A stretch of 6,379 nt of DNA from Tubiluchus corallicola (Eukaryota; Animalia; Priapulida), in NCBI GenBank assembly GCA_030141605.1, contig JAQGDQ010002407.1:1-6379 (forward strand), given 5' to 3'. Made by a program: the position numbers and the translations under genes. Below, piece after piece: positions 4,645-6,379 of the stretch. The stretch's first letter is position 1, and each line of letters opens with the position of its first letter. The notes beneath the pieces were generated by a model that was not told the origin of the DNA, did no database searches, and saw nothing but the letters and a program-made list of their open reading frames with translations.

Positions 4645-6378
4645 TTAGTTATTGTTCTGCCAGTGGAGAGTAGGCCACTGTCCATCACCCTGCCACTCCC
4701 AGGGGTTATCATCATTGTCACCAAATTTCCAGTCGACGAAAACTTCATTGTCAGGATTCGGATCTGTATCGTAGTATTTACCTCCATCTTCTATCAGATT
4801 AGTCCCGGAAGAGACACCCACCCCTCGATTCCTGTCAGAGCTATCTTTCCCCGTACTATCCTTATCCCAGTAATTATTGTCCTCAACACCGTCAGCATGA
4901 GCTTGGTCTTCTATAGTCCCCACAAGACCATTAATAGAACTACTCTCCACTTTTCCTGTGGCATAATTGTTGGAAATAGTACTAGGCACCCCCCAGCCGC
5001 TGGTGCTAGGCATCACGATACATCCAATCAGGGCACCGACATTGTTTGATGTTGTTCCCTTAACATCTCCCGTAGCGTAACTATTATTAATAATGGCTTG
5101 ACTCGCAGCCCCAGTCAGGCCGCCAATATTACCCCTTCCCTCTACGCTTCCTGTAGCATAACTGCGGGAAATCATGCCTGCACCAGACCCGCCTCCAGTT
5201 CTTCCAACCAGGCCGCCGATATAAGAGTTGGCCTCATCTCCTCCATTAATATTTCCCGTAGCGTAACAGTTGAAAACATAAGCCCTAAAGAGACTCCCTG
5301 CCAGGCCGCCAGCATGAGCCTGGTACCCTGTCACCCCTGTCACTGACAAATTCCCCGTAGCATAACTATTTTCAATAGTGCCAGTAAAAGTATCAAAAGA
5401 AGTAGCACTGACATCTCCTACCAAGCCACCAGTATAAAGCGAAGCCTGCACATCACCCGTAGCATAACAGTTGTTGATCTCGAAAGCGCCACCCAAATGA
5501 CCTATCAGGCCACCAACTCTGTTATATCCTTGAACATTTACTTCAGCATAACTATTTTCAACGCCAGCAAGAACCGCTGCACCTGTAGGGTTTTTACCGT
5601 AAAAATATCCTATCAGAGCACCGATGTAATAGCCGCTTGTATCTCCTCTCCACCTAACATCGCCTTCTCCCTCAACGTAACAGTTGGTAACGCGAACCCA
5701 GGAAAAAGCTCTACCCACTAGAGCACCAGTATAGCTCTTCCCCGTCACACCAGCTGGGGATAGCTCTATACCCACATCTTTAATCTCGACAAATATAGCA
5801 GGATTATTTACAAAACCACTCGCATAACCAAACAGGCCTATATGTTCTTGATCTGGTCTATTTATAAAGAAATTGCTTATCACATTATTCTGCCCATCAA
5901 ATCTGCCCCTAAAAATATGAGCATCACCACCTACAGGTTCAAAGCCTTCTGCAGGAAGCTCCTCCGGGAAAGTGCCTCCTGTTTGTGAGGGTTCTGGCAG
6001 CTCTATATCATTCATCAAAGTGTAATGACCTGATAAATCGTCCTTCATCCCCTGCAAATCCTGCCAGCTCCTTATCTTATACTGCTCTTTGGCAGTGCTA
6101 TAGACAAGTGTAACACCTCTTATGGTTAATTCAACGGGAATATCATCACCATCACTTATACCTTCCCATCCGTCATTGTCAGTAGTATTCAGTACTTCCC
6201 CGCTTATTGTGGCTTCACCCCCTGTTACTGTTATCTCCCCACTATTATTTTTATTACCTATATTCAATGAATAGCTGTAAGTCCCATTTGCTATATCACT
6301 TATTTTAAACAGATCGGACTTCTCAAGGTCTCCAGCTCCTATACGATTATATCCATTATAATAGCTTACTACAGTGAG
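4645..6378 (-). CDS. Gene A: paralog of gene B, linker plus GLUG-repeat head. 5' end lies beyond the right edge.
   Basis: The frame stays open beyond the ORF-track start at 6267 to the window end (LTVVSYYNGYNRIGAGDLEKSDLFKISDIANGTYSYSLNIG...), matching B's LTVVSYYNGDNRIGAGDFEKPDLFEISDIA. It has the same N-cap, about 9 GGLxG/GALxG repeats and the cap WKFG...NPWEW...QWPTLHWQ. Confidence 0.92.
   Translation of the reverse strand, partial: LTVVSYYNGYNRIGAGDLEKSDLFKISDIANGTYSYSLNIGNKNNSGEITVTGGEATISGEVLNTTDNDGWEGISDGDDIPVELTIRGVTLVYSTAKEQYKIRSWQDLQGMKDDLSGHYTLMNDIELPEPSQTGGTFPEELPAEGFEPVGGDAHIFRGRFDGQNNVISNFFINRPDQEHIGLFGYASGFVNNPAIFVEIKDVGIELSPAGVTGKSYTGALVGRAFSWVRVTNCYVEGEGDVRWRGDTSGYYIGALIGYFYGKNPTGAAVLAGVENSYAEVNVQGYNRVGGLIGHLGGAFEINNCYATGDVQASLYTGGLVGDVSATSFDTFTGTIENSYATGNLSVTGVTGYQAHAGGLAGSLFRAYVFNCYATGNINGGDEANSYIGGLVGRTGGGSGAGMISRSYATGSVEGRGNIGGLTGAASQAIINNSYATGDVKGTTSNNVGALIGCIVMPSTSGWGVPSTISNNYATGKVESSSINGLVGTIEDQAHADGVEDNNYWDKDSTGKDSSDRNRGVGVSSGTNLIEDGGKYYDTDPNPDNEVFVDWKFGDNDDNPWEWQGDGQWPTLHWQNNN
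4657..4747. repeat. Direct repeat block 3, copy in gene A
   Basis: Partner of 1305-1395 at offset 3352. Confidence 0.92.
5939..6101. repeat. Direct repeat block 1, copy in gene A
   Basis: Partner of 2299-2461 at offset 3640, with no gaps. Confidence 0.95.
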
Positions 6379-6379
6379 A
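6289..6379. repeat. Direct repeat block 2, copy in gene A
   Basis: Partner of 2634-2724 at offset 3655. Confidence 0.93.

Noticed and set aside
1305-4747. Diversity-generating retroelement (TR/VR pair) at the C-terminal repeats
   Set aside because: Both copies are coding gene ends, the mismatches are not restricted to adenines of one copy, and no reverse transcriptase is present in the window.
396-5721. Plus-strand ORFs 396..620, 1803..2393, 3194..3442, 3435..3665, 5098..5346 and 5497..5721
   Set aside because: All lie antisense to well-supported genes and show no recognisable motifs. They are explained by the codon bias of the repetitive sense proteins.
6265-6267. TTG at 6267 as the start of gene A
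   Set aside because: The frame is open to the window end and homology to B continues upstream.
1296-6378. IgA1/Zmp (M26) metalloprotease call based on GLUG motifs
   Set aside because: No HExxH motif or catalytic domain is visible, and the proteins end right after the GLUG solenoid cap.

Overview
AT-rich bacterial DNA, probably Bacteroidota (lipoprotein signal peptides and TTTG-N20-TAnnTTTG promoter architecture). It carries a tandem, same-strand (minus) array of three related large surface-protein genes and nothing else. Gene A (4645..>6379) runs off the right edge. Gene B (1296..4216) is complete but split by one apparent missing base near 2957-2959. Gene C (<1..974) runs off the left edge and has two apparent frameshifts. 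B shows the full architecture: lipoprotein signal peptide, five ~90-100 aa Ig-like stalk repeats (DUF5018-like), a linker domain, a GLUG-repeat (GGLxG) beta-solenoid head, and a Trp-rich C-terminal cap. The most notable feature is that A and B are a mosaic. Three DNA blocks of 91-96% identity alternate with strongly diverged segments and bracket the variable head, as expected if heads are diversified or swapped by recombination or gene conversion. No recombinase, reverse transcriptase, transposase, RNA gene or CRISPR array is visible. Family names come from motif recognition, not from a database search.
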